The notes beneath the pieces are model-generated. The model was given only the letters and a program-made list of their open reading frames with translations. It was not told the DNA's origin and searched no databases. From an uncultured virus (IMG/VR IMGVR_UViG_3300027710_000024) (Duplodnaviria; Heunggongvirae; Uroviricota; Caudoviricetes), in the IMG/VR virus record IMGVR_UViG_3300027710_000024: a stretch of DNA of 20,000 nt, one strand, 5' to 3'. Position 1 is the first letter of the stretch. Each line of letters opens with the position of its first letter. Made by a program: the position numbers and the translations under genes. Below are positions 8,656 to 16,728 of this stretch, one piece after another.

Positions 8656-8851
8656 CGTCTGCCTCCTCTACTAGTTTTGATGTATTGTTGAGGAACCACT
8701 CTGTTGGGCTACACGCTTGGTGTATATCAAAGACTAGTCCTCTTTCATTAAGCCAATCGCTTGCCTCCATAGAGAAGGCAAGCGCTTGGTCTTCAGTATC
8801 GAATGGTCCAACGCATTCTTGCGTTAGAAGATCAAGAGCTATGTAACTCAT
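8600..8851 (-). CDS. Hypothetical protein (GPFDT motif)
   Basis: 83 aa; starts 2 nt after the upstream stop. Confidence 0.6.
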   Translation of the reverse strand: MSYIALDLLTQECVGPFDTEDQALAFSMEASDWLNERGLVFDIHQACSPTEWFLNNTSKLVEEADDGNSVEEDRSNAVLSPSS

Positions 8852-8853
8852 GA

Positions 8854-9312
8854 TTAATCTTTGTCCTGTGATACCAGCTGCTCGAACATCTCGAGATTCT
8901 GTATGGCAGAAGCCAGACCACCTGCAGCTACTTCCTTGCGGGTAGGCATTTCAGCCTCACCGTCAGACATTTCGCTTAGCATTGTGGCTTTGCCAATTGT
9001 GATAAGAACTGGGTGTTCTTTTCGTAGTGACATGCCACGCATCAACGCTTCCTTACAGCGACTACTACTGCGGTATTCGCCATCAAAGAAGTATTGAGAA
9101 GCTGCGATAGCATATAGACCCAAGGCTAAGTCTGGGTTAGAGGAGTTATTAACTACATCGTCCGCTAACTCAAGCCACCAATCAGGATCATACTTTGTAA
9201 AGTTGGCATAGTCACAGAAGACTGGCTTGTAATCAATCAATACAATCATCTGCGCTATGTCTGCTTTTGCAGCGTCTTTTCCTAACGCCTTGTCTAGAAT
9301 TTCTCTAAACAT
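8854..9312 (-). CDS. Hypothetical helical protein
   Basis: 152 aa, GGGAGG SD. Confidence 0.75.
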   Translation of the reverse strand: MFREILDKALGKDAAKADIAQMIVLIDYKPVFCDYANFTKYDPDWWLELADDVVNNSSNPDLALGLYAIAASQYFFDGEYRSSSRCKEALMRGMSLRKEHPVLITIGKATMLSEMSDGEAEMPTRKEVAAGGLASAIQNLEMFEQLVSQDKD

Positions 9313-9326
9313 TGCTTTACCTCCCT

Positions 9327-11306
9327 TTAGTTATTTAGTCTGCGCTTTTTAATTGCGCCTACAACTACCGACTTGGCAAGTTGTAGTAGATCTTTGCCAC
9401 CGTTTACTCGCGCAAACAGTTCGGCCCCATGGCTGAAGTCAGTCTTGTCTCTAAGACTTTGAGCCATATTGTTTCTAGTAACGGCGTCATTGTATGAACC
9501 TTCGTCCATAATCAACACCATGACTGTTAGCACACCACGTTTAGCTAGTCGCTCAATAACTGGGTTGTTCTGCTTACTGTCAAACTGACCGTCAGTAATT
9601 AAGAACAACATTTTATTTGGGCGAGTAGACATCATAAAAGTCTTCTCGGATAGGAGCAAAGACTCGTATGGGTCTGTGCCGCCTTGGCCGTGGATGAACT
9701 TGTATGTGGTGCGTCCTGCTTTATCTTGCTTTCTGTAGGCTATCTCGTTCTTATCATCAAAGGCATAGACCGTTACAGAACAGTCAATGCTTTCCAAGGC
9801 ACGCTTAACAGTCCAGCATGCTACTGATGCTTTTTTGTCATTAGCGCCTGAGCTCATTGAAGATGACCGGTCGATTAAGATGACGGCTTCAATATTAGTT
9901 GAGTCGTCTCCTGTAGACCATGAGTCGAATGACTTGTCAATATCACACCCGCGCATAACGCGAGGCATATTGAGTTTGCCAGCAACTGTCTCTCTTTCCC
10001 AGGCCGGCTCAGAGTCATCCTTTAACTTACGTAGTTCATTTGCAAACCTACGATAGTCAAGTAATGCTTTGGCAGGAACTGGTGCATCAGAGAACTTACC
10101 AAGAGCAGAGTTATCATCCCAGTTTTCATCACCGTGAACGATAATATTCTGCTTGCGCTTGACATCTTTGATAACGTCTTTGCGATCGTATATCGTTTGG
10201 ATATCATTTTCCAAAAGGTCGTTGAGATCTTTAGGCAATCCGCCCTCGCTCTTAACGTGAGAGTTACCCCAGGTATTGAGTTGAGTTGGCTTATCTAGTT
10301 TCTCTTCGCGCTTTTGTAGCATCTCTTCTTGAGTCATAGATACTTCAGTGTGTGTTTGTGTTGGCGGGGTAGAACCATTGCTGGTTCCTTCACCTTCTAC
10401 AGACTCACCTTTTTGCGGACCACTGTTGTGCGGTTCGCCAGGGAAACAACCTTGTTCGTTTGGTTGAGATCCCTGTTGCGATTGTTCTAACGGCTCCTTA
10501 GGTATGTAGAATGACTCAGGCTTACCCATCGTAGAAGCAACTCGTGCGTCACGTTCTTGGGCTTTACCTGGTTCAGGTCTACCTTTTTTGATTGGCGAAC
10601 GAGCATCACAGCTGCCAAGACCACATTGAGGTGGTATATCCATCTGTGAGATAATCAATTCGTGGAACTCTTTGATTAGTTTTTCTGCTCGTTTGTAGTC
10701 CCTAGGGAATGCTAAGCACCGATACTCATTTGTGATTCGTTGAATATCGGGGATTAGTTCAGGCTTGTAGAACAAGTCCCGAAATGCTTCGCGTATTTTT
10801 ACGTTGATATGCCTACGACCAGCGATAAGAGGGTAGTTAGTGAACGCAGCTTCAGGGGTGGTCTGCAGCCAGATTAAGGCAGCAGATTGAAGATACGGAC
10901 TAACACTGGGATATCTAGCACAGAGTAAAGACTCGATGCGTTGATCTTCCAGGATGTTAAAAGATGTATAGTAACCTTGCTCTATTACATACTTTAACAG
11001 CGTAGTTCCTTCGCGGGGCGTGTAGAAATGATGAGCCAGCTCGTGGTAGTTTAGACCAGAAACTTTAGTCAACATCTCAAGAGATATCTCGCCGATGTGC
11101 TTTTGATTGATGTAGATATTCTCACCATCAGACCAGGTTACTGCTGGGCCATCCTCTACAACATGGACGTTGATTGGATCACCTGTCAGAATTCGGTCAG
11201 CACCTTCGTATACTCGAGACAATGCAGACAACTGTAAAGCTCTCATCTGCATTGCCTCTTCGCGAGCAGCACCGTTTTTTGATATTGTAGTATCTTGATA
11301 CGGCAT
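9327..11306 (-). CDS. VWA-domain protein with N-terminal HExxH metallopeptidase-like domain (MoxR partner)
   Basis: HELAH...FNILED; low-complexity linker; MIDAS DRSSSMS, GGT and LITDG. Confidence 0.88.
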   Translation of the reverse strand: MPYQDTTISKNGAAREEAMQMRALQLSALSRVYEGADRILTGDPINVHVVEDGPAVTWSDGENIYINQKHIGEISLEMLTKVSGLNYHELAHHFYTPREGTTLLKYVIEQGYYTSFNILEDQRIESLLCARYPSVSPYLQSAALIWLQTTPEAAFTNYPLIAGRRHINVKIREAFRDLFYKPELIPDIQRITNEYRCLAFPRDYKRAEKLIKEFHELIISQMDIPPQCGLGSCDARSPIKKGRPEPGKAQERDARVASTMGKPESFYIPKEPLEQSQQGSQPNEQGCFPGEPHNSGPQKGESVEGEGTSNGSTPPTQTHTEVSMTQEEMLQKREEKLDKPTQLNTWGNSHVKSEGGLPKDLNDLLENDIQTIYDRKDVIKDVKRKQNIIVHGDENWDDNSALGKFSDAPVPAKALLDYRRFANELRKLKDDSEPAWERETVAGKLNMPRVMRGCDIDKSFDSWSTGDDSTNIEAVILIDRSSSMSSGANDKKASVACWTVKRALESIDCSVTVYAFDDKNEIAYRKQDKAGRTTYKFIHGQGGTDPYESLLLSEKTFMMSTRPNKMLFLITDGQFDSKQNNPVIERLAKRGVLTVMVLIMDEGSYNDAVTRNNMAQSLRDKTDFSHGAELFARVNGGKDLLQLAKSVVVGAIKKRRLNN

Positions 11307-11320
11307 GTCTTTTACCTATT

Positions 11321-12745
11321 CTAGTTCGTGTTCTTTGATTGCAGCCAAGCATCAACTTCTTCGCTGATACTCTCTACACCGTCTGTTGATTCACTTGGAG
11401 TAACTTCATTTAACTTGAAGTCTTCCTTGATGTTGAAATCATGAGTCATAAGAACTAGTGCAACCTTCTCTTGCTCTTCCTTATCGAAGTGTGCAACGAA
11501 GTTAGCAATAGCAAACTCATAATTAAACGGAATGATTTGCTCTAGCTCCATCAACATATTAGTTGAGATAGGAGTTTCGAACTCACCTTTAGCTGCTTCT
11601 GTACGTAACTGCTTAGCAATTACAAGAAGTGCCTTTGACTTGATTAGCTGTGCTTCTACATCGTCGTCATAATCCCAAGGGATTTGAACGCTAAAGCGGT
11701 TACGCATCGCAAAGTTGAGAGGCGTAGTACCGACATACTCAGGATTCATGGTGGCAAAGATAGTCAAGTCTGGGTGAGCTTGAATAGTCTCGCCGTGATG
11801 ATCCAATAGAATCAAGCAACGTCGTCCGTCAAGGAGTGAATAGAGAATTGTGTAGATTTTTGGTGAGATGAAGTTCAACTCATCGAGAATAAGAACACCA
11901 CCATTACGAACTACGTCAGTAATTGGGCCGTCAATCCACTCGAAGCCACCGCTACCATCCGGTACATATTTACCGATTAGTTGGCTTGGCTCGAGAGCGG
12001 CATTGCCGGACACAGCTGCAAGACGCAGTCTATTTTTAGCAGCCCACGCAACAATAGATGTTGTCTTACCAGGACCGGTAGGGCCGTAGATAAGAACTTC
12101 TCGCTTTGAGGCTCGTGCATAATCGAATACGTCAAAGTCAAGAACATTACCCGTTAGTTTGCGGTTAACATAGTTGTTTGCGTATTCAATTGGGGGAATA
12201 CTTGCCAGGGCGATCTTGAGCTTGCCAGATGAATTAACCATCTCTTCACTCAAGTCTTCCTCGACAGCAGGCGCTGCCTCGGATGTTTGTGTTGGCTGTG
12301 TAATGAATGGCGTCTCGATAGAAGAACCATCTCTTTGGCGTCGTAAATCAGTGACATAGTCTTCCAATGTCGGATCACATACTGCAACTCTATCAATAAG
12401 AGTATTGATTCGTTGTTGCACTGAACCGAACTCTTCATCCTTTGGTGCCTTGTCATAAGCAGCCATTGCCTTGGTAGACAATACTGGAGACCAACCGTTT
12501 TCACGGATAGCCTCTTCGTCTGCTGAAGTGACGTGGATACCAACAGGCTGAACAGTTAGAAATTCATTAGGAGACATAGCTGTATACAGTTCGCTAACTG
12601 TTGTTTCGTCCCAGCGCTTGCCGGTAACTCCGTCAGTTAGTCTTGTGTATACGCGAACACTGCCATCATGCGGAACAACAAGTATTTGACGCTTGCTGTC
12701 ATTCATGGATGGCTCATAGGTCTCTACGAACATCGCTATATTCAT
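11321..12745 (-). CDS. MoxR/CbbQ/NorQ-type AAA+ ATPase with a long N-terminal extension
   Basis: Walker A GPTGPGKT, W.DGP, Walker B LILDE, ATMNP.Y.GT and A..NRF; adjacent VWA gene. Confidence 0.92.
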   Translation of the reverse strand: MNIAMFVETYEPSMNDSKRQILVVPHDGSVRVYTRLTDGVTGKRWDETTVSELYTAMSPNEFLTVQPVGIHVTSADEEAIRENGWSPVLSTKAMAAYDKAPKDEEFGSVQQRINTLIDRVAVCDPTLEDYVTDLRRQRDGSSIETPFITQPTQTSEAAPAVEEDLSEEMVNSSGKLKIALASIPPIEYANNYVNRKLTGNVLDFDVFDYARASKREVLIYGPTGPGKTTSIVAWAAKNRLRLAAVSGNAALEPSQLIGKYVPDGSGGFEWIDGPITDVVRNGGVLILDELNFISPKIYTILYSLLDGRRCLILLDHHGETIQAHPDLTIFATMNPEYVGTTPLNFAMRNRFSVQIPWDYDDDVEAQLIKSKALLVIAKQLRTEAAKGEFETPISTNMLMELEQIIPFNYEFAIANFVAHFDKEEQEKVALVLMTHDFNIKEDFKLNEVTPSESTDGVESISEEVDAWLQSKNTN

Positions 12746-12807
12746 TTGCCTTTTCCCTTTCAGTTTATTACTGCACCCGATGTGCAGTTCACCGTTTTAC
12801 CGGCTAG

Positions 12808-12849
12808 TGTGCTAGACAAGAATCGAACTTGTCAATAGCCTTTTAGCAC
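12808..12849 (-). ncRNA. tRNA-like minihelix (acceptor stem plus T-arm only)
   Basis: GTGCTA-AAAGGCTATT-GACAAG-TTCGATT-CTTGTC-TAGCAC-A. Confidence 0.6.
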
Positions 12850-12856
12850 TGAAAGG

Positions 12857-12894
12857 AGAAAGACCGGCGCCGATAGCAGACACGCCGGTCTTTC
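12857..12894 (-). other. 12-bp GC-rich hairpin
   Basis: GAAAGACCGGCG / CGCCGGTCTTTC; no good U-tract. Confidence 0.6.
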
Positions 12895-12922
12895 ACCTAC
12901 AATAAATTTACTGTCGAATTTA

Positions 12923-13051
12923 GATACTAGGGTCATGCAGAGGCATCACTCCACGCTATAGTCATTGGGTTTAGGAATAAAGTCTCACCGATATCAGACA
13001 TGACCACTTTATTGCTAGCACCAGAGCTGCTATGACTCGATCCTAAGTATC
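12923..13051 (-). ncRNA. Structured RNA element closed by a GATAC...GTATC stem
   Basis: Minus-strand GATACTTAGG..GTCATAGCAG pairs imperfectly with CTGCATGACCCTAGTATC. Confidence 0.4.
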
Positions 13052-13070
13052 GCCGTTTTCTAGAGACAGC

Positions 13071-13745
13071 CTAACTTACGGTAGGTTCCTCATCATCTAG
13101 GATGTACCCCGTTACAATATCTAGTCGTAACGGTTTTCGTCCATCCCATTCAGTTGGTATGGATTTACCACCCACCTGAACTTTTCCTGCGGTGCAATAT
13201 GCACACGTTTGTTTTTCTCTGTGATTAATATAACGATTGACATTTTCTTCTGGAATAGTGCATATAACTCGTAGCATTATGCTTTTTCCATTGAATTGGG
13301 TTACTTCTTTATAGCCATCTATACCGTTGCAGGTGATTATATTAAAGCCTTGCCCACTACATGAGGTGCAGCGCCTAAACTTTATAGGTTTCTTTGGATC
13401 AAGTTGCCTGTGTATGTAATACTTTCGTTTTTTATAGTCTATGCCTATAAGATTTGCATAGTTTGCCATCGCTCTTCGGGTAGCAGGTCTTATTCTGTGA
13501 TACCCATATAAAGACGGCAATATAACAACGCCGTTTGGTTTGTAAGTAACTAATTGAAACGAGGTTTGATGAGTAAAAGTAATTGCCATAGTTGTATCGT
13601 CAATTCTTCTAAGTACAAGCCCCCTGTCATATAAAGGACGATATAACTCAGGGTTTTTACCGCCGATTAAATAATCTACAGCTGAATCAAAGTCGTGACA
13701 TTTACGGTCGCGGTTTTGCTCCAAGAGTTGATCTTTTGTAATCAT
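13071..13745 (-). CDS. Hypothetical protein with DnaJ-type zinc-finger motifs
   Basis: CTSCSGQG and CAYCTAG; AAGGAGG SD. Confidence 0.7.
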   Translation of the reverse strand: MITKDQLLEQNRDRKCHDFDSAVDYLIGGKNPELYRPLYDRGLVLRRIDDTTMAITFTHQTSFQLVTYKPNGVVILPSLYGYHRIRPATRRAMANYANLIGIDYKKRKYYIHRQLDPKKPIKFRRCTSCSGQGFNIITCNGIDGYKEVTQFNGKSIMLRVICTIPEENVNRYINHREKQTCAYCTAGKVQVGGKSIPTEWDGRKPLRLDIVTGYILDDEEPTVS

Positions 13746-13754
13746 GGTTCCTCC

Positions 13755-14072
13755 TTATCCTACTTTTGTCTTGCGCCTAATGGCTAACCTTTGTTCCTCC
13801 GTTAATCCTCCCCAGATACCATAATCTTGGTGGGTATCTAAAGCGAACTGTCTACAGGTCTCTATTACGGGACACGCATTGCAACAGGCTACAGCCAGAC
13901 TGATACGCTTTTCTTTGTCTGGCCCCCTCTCTTGCTCTTCGTAGAAGAATATCTCTGTATTTTTTAAGTCATTACATAAGCCTTTTTCTTGCCACGCCCA
14001 GTTGTCATAAATAGGGGTTGGCATATGCTTACTAAATTGACTAGGAGTATATTTTTCTTTCTTTCTTGTCAT
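13755..14072 (-). CDS. whiB: WhiB-family Fe-S transcription regulator
   Basis: W...GLC...FF...CNACPV...C...A......GIWGGLTE.QR; AAGGAGG SD. Confidence 0.95.
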   Translation of the reverse strand: MTRKKEKYTPSQFSKHMPTPIYDNWAWQEKGLCNDLKNTEIFFYEEQERGPDKEKRISLAVACCNACPVIETCRQFALDTHQDYGIWGGLTEEQRLAIRRKTKVG

Positions 14073-14095
14073 ATAACCTCCTTGGGCATGAGTAA

Positions 14096-14128
14096 TGAGC
14101 AGTTTAGCCTTGTCATGCTCAGGACAGG
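14096..14128 (-). ncRNA. Compact H-type pseudoknot, copy 1 (whiB leader)
   Basis: TGTC-CTGAGCAT-GACA-AGGCTAAAC-TGCTCA. Confidence 0.6.
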
Positions 14129-14213
14129 AAGCAGATATACCCCGATGCTTACGGGACGTGTTTTACCTTAGGTCTCGTCAGACCAAAGACACTCCTCCTT
14201 CTAGAGTGCGCCG

Positions 14214-14287
14214 TGCGCTGTGTAGGACTTGAACCTACGACGACCGAATTATGAGTTCGGGGCTCTAACCAACTGAGCTAACAGCGC
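14214..14287 (-). tRNA. tRNA with CAT anticodon (elongator Met or Ile2); CCA not encoded
   Basis: GCGCTGT/ACAGCGC acceptor, D arm GCTC..GAGC, anticodon arm CCGAA-CTCATAA-TTCGG, T arm GTAGG-TTCAAGT-CCTAC, discriminator A. Confidence 0.95.
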
Positions 14288-14319
14288 GGGCCAGCGAATG
14301 TTTGTGTTGGCCGGTGTTT

Positions 14320-14475
14320 TTACAGTGAATCTTTAAACTTCTCTACATCACTAACTATAGTAGCAACCTGCTCCTGCAGTAATTCAATATGCTCTGCAAG
14401 AGAAGCCATTACTATATTTAAATCCTTAAGCATTGCATCAATATCTATATCTTTTTTATCTTGGTCTTCGGGCAT
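14320..14475 (-). CDS. Small coiled-coil hypothetical protein (start MPEDQDKK)
   Basis: GAGG SD; TAATG coupling with the upstream ORF. Confidence 0.65.
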   Translation of the reverse strand: MPEDQDKKDIDIDAMLKDLNIVMASLAEHIELLQEQVATIVSDVEKFKDSL

Positions 14476-14690
14476 TATCGATCCTCTCGTGTTGAGAACA
14501 GGCCTGTATGTTCCCACTCTTGTTTAGGTTCAAAAGAGTTCTTCCATTTAAACTGACCATTCCTAGCCTGAAAATACCTACCAACAACTACGTTAGGGTT
14601 CCTAGGATAGTCCGCAAGCCATATCTGAGCTTTTAGTGGAAGTTTCCAGTATAGCCATACTGGAATTGCTTTGTGCAACCGTTCCTTCAT
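14475..14690 (-). CDS. Hypothetical protein
   Basis: 71 aa, AAGGAG SD, TAATG coupling. Confidence 0.65.
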   Translation of the reverse strand: MKERLHKAIPVWLYWKLPLKAQIWLADYPRNPNVVVGRYFQARNGQFKWKNSFEPKQEWEHTGLFSTREDR

Positions 14691-14860
14691 TACGCCATCT
14701 CCTTTACTGTCTTATATGTTTCCCGATTTTCGGCAAACAAGGCGCCATACGCTTTATCTTTACTTAATCTTCGTAGTTCTATCATTAATGAACTAATAAC
14801 AATTTCTATTGGTATTGGTTTTTCAGATATAATACGTACGTGATGATTATATTCGTGCAT
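14690..14860 (-). CDS. Hypothetical microprotein, 56 aa (MHEYNHHVRI...), not in the ORF track
   Basis: AAGGAG SD; its stop overlaps the next ATG. Confidence 0.65.
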   Translation of the reverse strand: MHEYNHHVRIISEKPIPIEIVISSLMIELRRLSKDKAYGALFAENRETYKTVKEMA

Positions 14861-14870
14861 TAATTACTCC

Positions 14871-15290
14871 TTACTTAGATCGTTTTGATGTGCGCCACAT
14901 GTGGGCATTTTCTGATTTAACACCTATTGCTGTAAGCCCCATTTCGACTAATACATCGTCAATATGAAACTTTAGTCTTTCTAGATCTTTAGCGTCAAGC
15001 CTGACTAGGCAAGAGGTGTCAAAGTCTTGAACAACAAGGAAGGCTGTGTTGTCTGTTTTGCACCCTAGTATGTATCCGGATTCTTTTCTTGTTAAATCGC
15101 TTGATATGGTGTATTGACCTTCTGCAAGCAACTTGTGTCTTTTAAAGGCATCCATTAATGGTGCATAACTGTCTTTAGTGCGGGATTTGTTTGTGTTGGA
15201 GTTGGCTAGTTCTATAGCTTCGTCCTCGTGTTTTTCTGTGTCAACAACTTTAGGCTTTGCTACACGTTTGGGGGTTGCTTTTTTAACCAC
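14871..15290 (-). CDS. Hypothetical protein with basic N-terminus
   Basis: 139 aa, GAGGAG SD, GTG start. Confidence 0.7.
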   Translation of the reverse strand: MVKKATPKRVAKPKVVDTEKHEDEAIELANSNTNKSRTKDSYAPLMDAFKRHKLLAEGQYTISSDLTRKESGYILGCKTDNTAFLVVQDFDTSCLVRLDAKDLERLKFHIDDVLVEMGLTAIGVKSENAHMWRTSKRSK

Positions 15291-15396
15291 GACGACTCCT
15301 CAATACTGTTACTACTGCTTTAGTGATTGCCAATATAATGATAGTCACTAAGAGAGTATCGATCGAGCCATCAGATAGGTCGAGATTGATTGTCAT
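15283..15396 (-). CDS. 37-aa single-pass membrane peptide (MTINLDLSDGSIDTLLVTIIILAITKAVVTVLRSRRG)
   Basis: AAAGGTAAGG SD; hydrophobic stretch followed by a basic tail. Confidence 0.6.
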   Translation of the reverse strand: MTINLDLSDGSIDTLLVTIIILAITKAVVTVLRSRRG

Positions 15397-15426
15397 ACCT
15401 TACCTTTCTACTGGATGGTTGTGGGA

Positions 15427-15529
15427 GGCAGAGAGTGTTTACCCAATACGCTGAGAGATGTAACGGATTTGCCCTCTGTACCGAGCAGGAATCATTGTCA
15501 TGTTGGATCACGTGTAGACACCCTCTGCC
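15427..15529 (-). ncRNA. Structured element closed by a 16-bp stem
   Basis: GGCAGAGGGTGTCTAC ... GTAAACACTCTCTGCC on the minus strand. Confidence 0.5.
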
Positions 15530-15700
15530 CCAAGATAAGAATCAGAATAAGTCAGCACGTGTCAGATACAGCTCCTCTAGCTTTTATTGCACATTCCTTC
15601 GAGTTCTGTATCTCAAGCCTGTGTGGTCCGCATAGATTCCGCGGTACTAAGTATCTATACACCACTTGAGTCTTAGTTGATTCCTACCTTTACCTGTCGA

Positions 15701-15931
15701 GAGACAGATAGGGAGCGTACTTACGCTAAACGAATCAGTTATGTAATCGTGAAGACGCTTAAGGCTGCAGCATTGGGCATCATTCCAGAAGTCACACACA
15801 TACTAAGCACATACGCTCTCTTACTCAGTATGCTCACTCTTCTTTACTAATGACTACACAGGCGTCCCGACAAGGACTCTGTCAGTGCCGGGTGTCGATG
15901 TTTAGCCGTAAGTACGCTTCCTACCTGTCCC
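15701..15931 (-). ncRNA. ~230-nt structured RNA closed by a ~29-bp stem
   Basis: Arms 15703-15731 and 15900-15929; internal 12-bp hairpin at 15798-15833 with 3 G-U pairs on the minus strand. Confidence 0.6.
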
Positions 15932-15954
15932 TACTTATGTTCTTTCATATGATT

Positions 15955-16022
15955 TTGTAGGGTGAGATATGCAAAAGCAGAGCGAACTTCAATCTCTTTT
16001 TTGCATACCTCACACACTACAA
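15955..16022 (-). ncRNA. Long hairpin
   Basis: GTGAGGTATGCAAAAAAGAG ... CTCTGCTTTTGCATATCTCAC, plus an outer TTGTAG/CTACAA pair. Confidence 0.5.
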
Positions 16023-16037
16023 CGCGATTGCTTGGCA

Positions 16038-16298
16038 TTAGTGCGTTCTTTCCGCAAACCTAGCGGCAGCATCATTTATATTGTCAAAATAGTCTCCCCA
16101 TACACAGCCTCCTGTTGCGTGGTTATATGTCCATACAACAAAGGGGTGATAGGTAGATTCTGGGGCGTAACATAGAATTACGTCACAATCTGGGTTAGAT
16201 GGTTTAAGGTTTAAAATGGTAGCGCCTTTAGATACACCACCATCGCCTTGTATTACTGTGCCAATCTTAATGGTCACAATAGTATTTTTATCTGTCAT
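16038..16298 (-). CDS. Hypothetical protein (start MTDKN; YHPFVVW...WGDYF)
   Basis: ATGA overlap with the upstream ORF; exact start uncertain. Confidence 0.65.
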   Translation of the reverse strand: MTDKNTIVTIKIGTVIQGDGGVSKGATILNLKPSNPDCDVILCYAPESTYHPFVVWTYNHATGGCVWGDYFDNINDAAARFAERTH

Positions 16299-16507
16299 TT
16301 TGTAATCCATACTCCTTTTTGCTCGTCTAGGACTGATTCTTGTATCTCCCAGTCCGCTTCGTTCCACCGGATTTGATCATCCATTATTGGTGCGATTTTG
16401 TCTATGAACTGTTGCATAAACTCCTCGGCTTGCTTTTTGTTCTTTGCCTTGATTTCAACTATAGAAATTGAAAGGTCAGTAGAATAGAACTTTTGCTGTT
16501 TACCCAC
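16295..16507 (-). CDS. Hypothetical protein (GTG start, MGKQQKFY...)
   Basis: GAAGGGA SD before the GTG at 16507. Confidence 0.6.
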   Translation of the reverse strand: MGKQQKFYSTDLSISIVEIKAKNKKQAEEFMQQFIDKIAPIMDDQIRWNEADWEIQESVLDEQKGVWITK

Positions 16508-16547
16508 GGCATATCCCTTCTGGCTGGTTGTTTGTGTTGGGGAAGGA

Positions 16548-16697
16548 TTACGGGCATTTACATATTCCCTTCTCGCACTCATAGTTCTTAACTGCTTCAG
16601 CAGCAGTAAATCCCTTGAGTAGTTCTTGCGCAACGAATAGGTCTTTCTCCAATTGCGCCATACTATTTAGTGTATTAGGTTTTTCTTGTATAGCCAT
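16548..16697 (-). CDS. Hypothetical microprotein (MAIQEKPN...CEKGICKCP)
   Basis: TAAGGA SD before the ATG at 16697. Confidence 0.55.
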   Translation of the reverse strand: MAIQEKPNTLNSMAQLEKDLFVAQELLKGFTAAEAVKNYECEKGICKCP

Positions 16698-16728
16698 TGT
16701 TGTCCTTACACTATGACTTACCTCTGGG

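Noticed and set aside
7119..12543. ORFs 7119..7343, 7505..7714, 8456..8674, 8625..8846, 8861..9097, 9787..10056, 10022..10207, 11868..12089, 12174..12359 and 12250..12543
   Set aside because: Fully or largely overlap real minus-strand genes; shadow ORFs.
12808..13021. tmRNA
   Set aside because: No G3-U70 alanine identity or GGGG 5' end, too short, and no tag-like ORF seen.
15460..15482. GGGCAAATCC as a c-di-GMP-I riboswitch
   Set aside because: Only a short resemblance; the GNRA/receptor second stem is absent.
6870..15704. CTGTCGAGAGA at ~6870 and ~15694 as a shared promoter -35 (TCGACA on the minus strand)
   Set aside because: Only two copies and no properly spaced -10 element could be identified.
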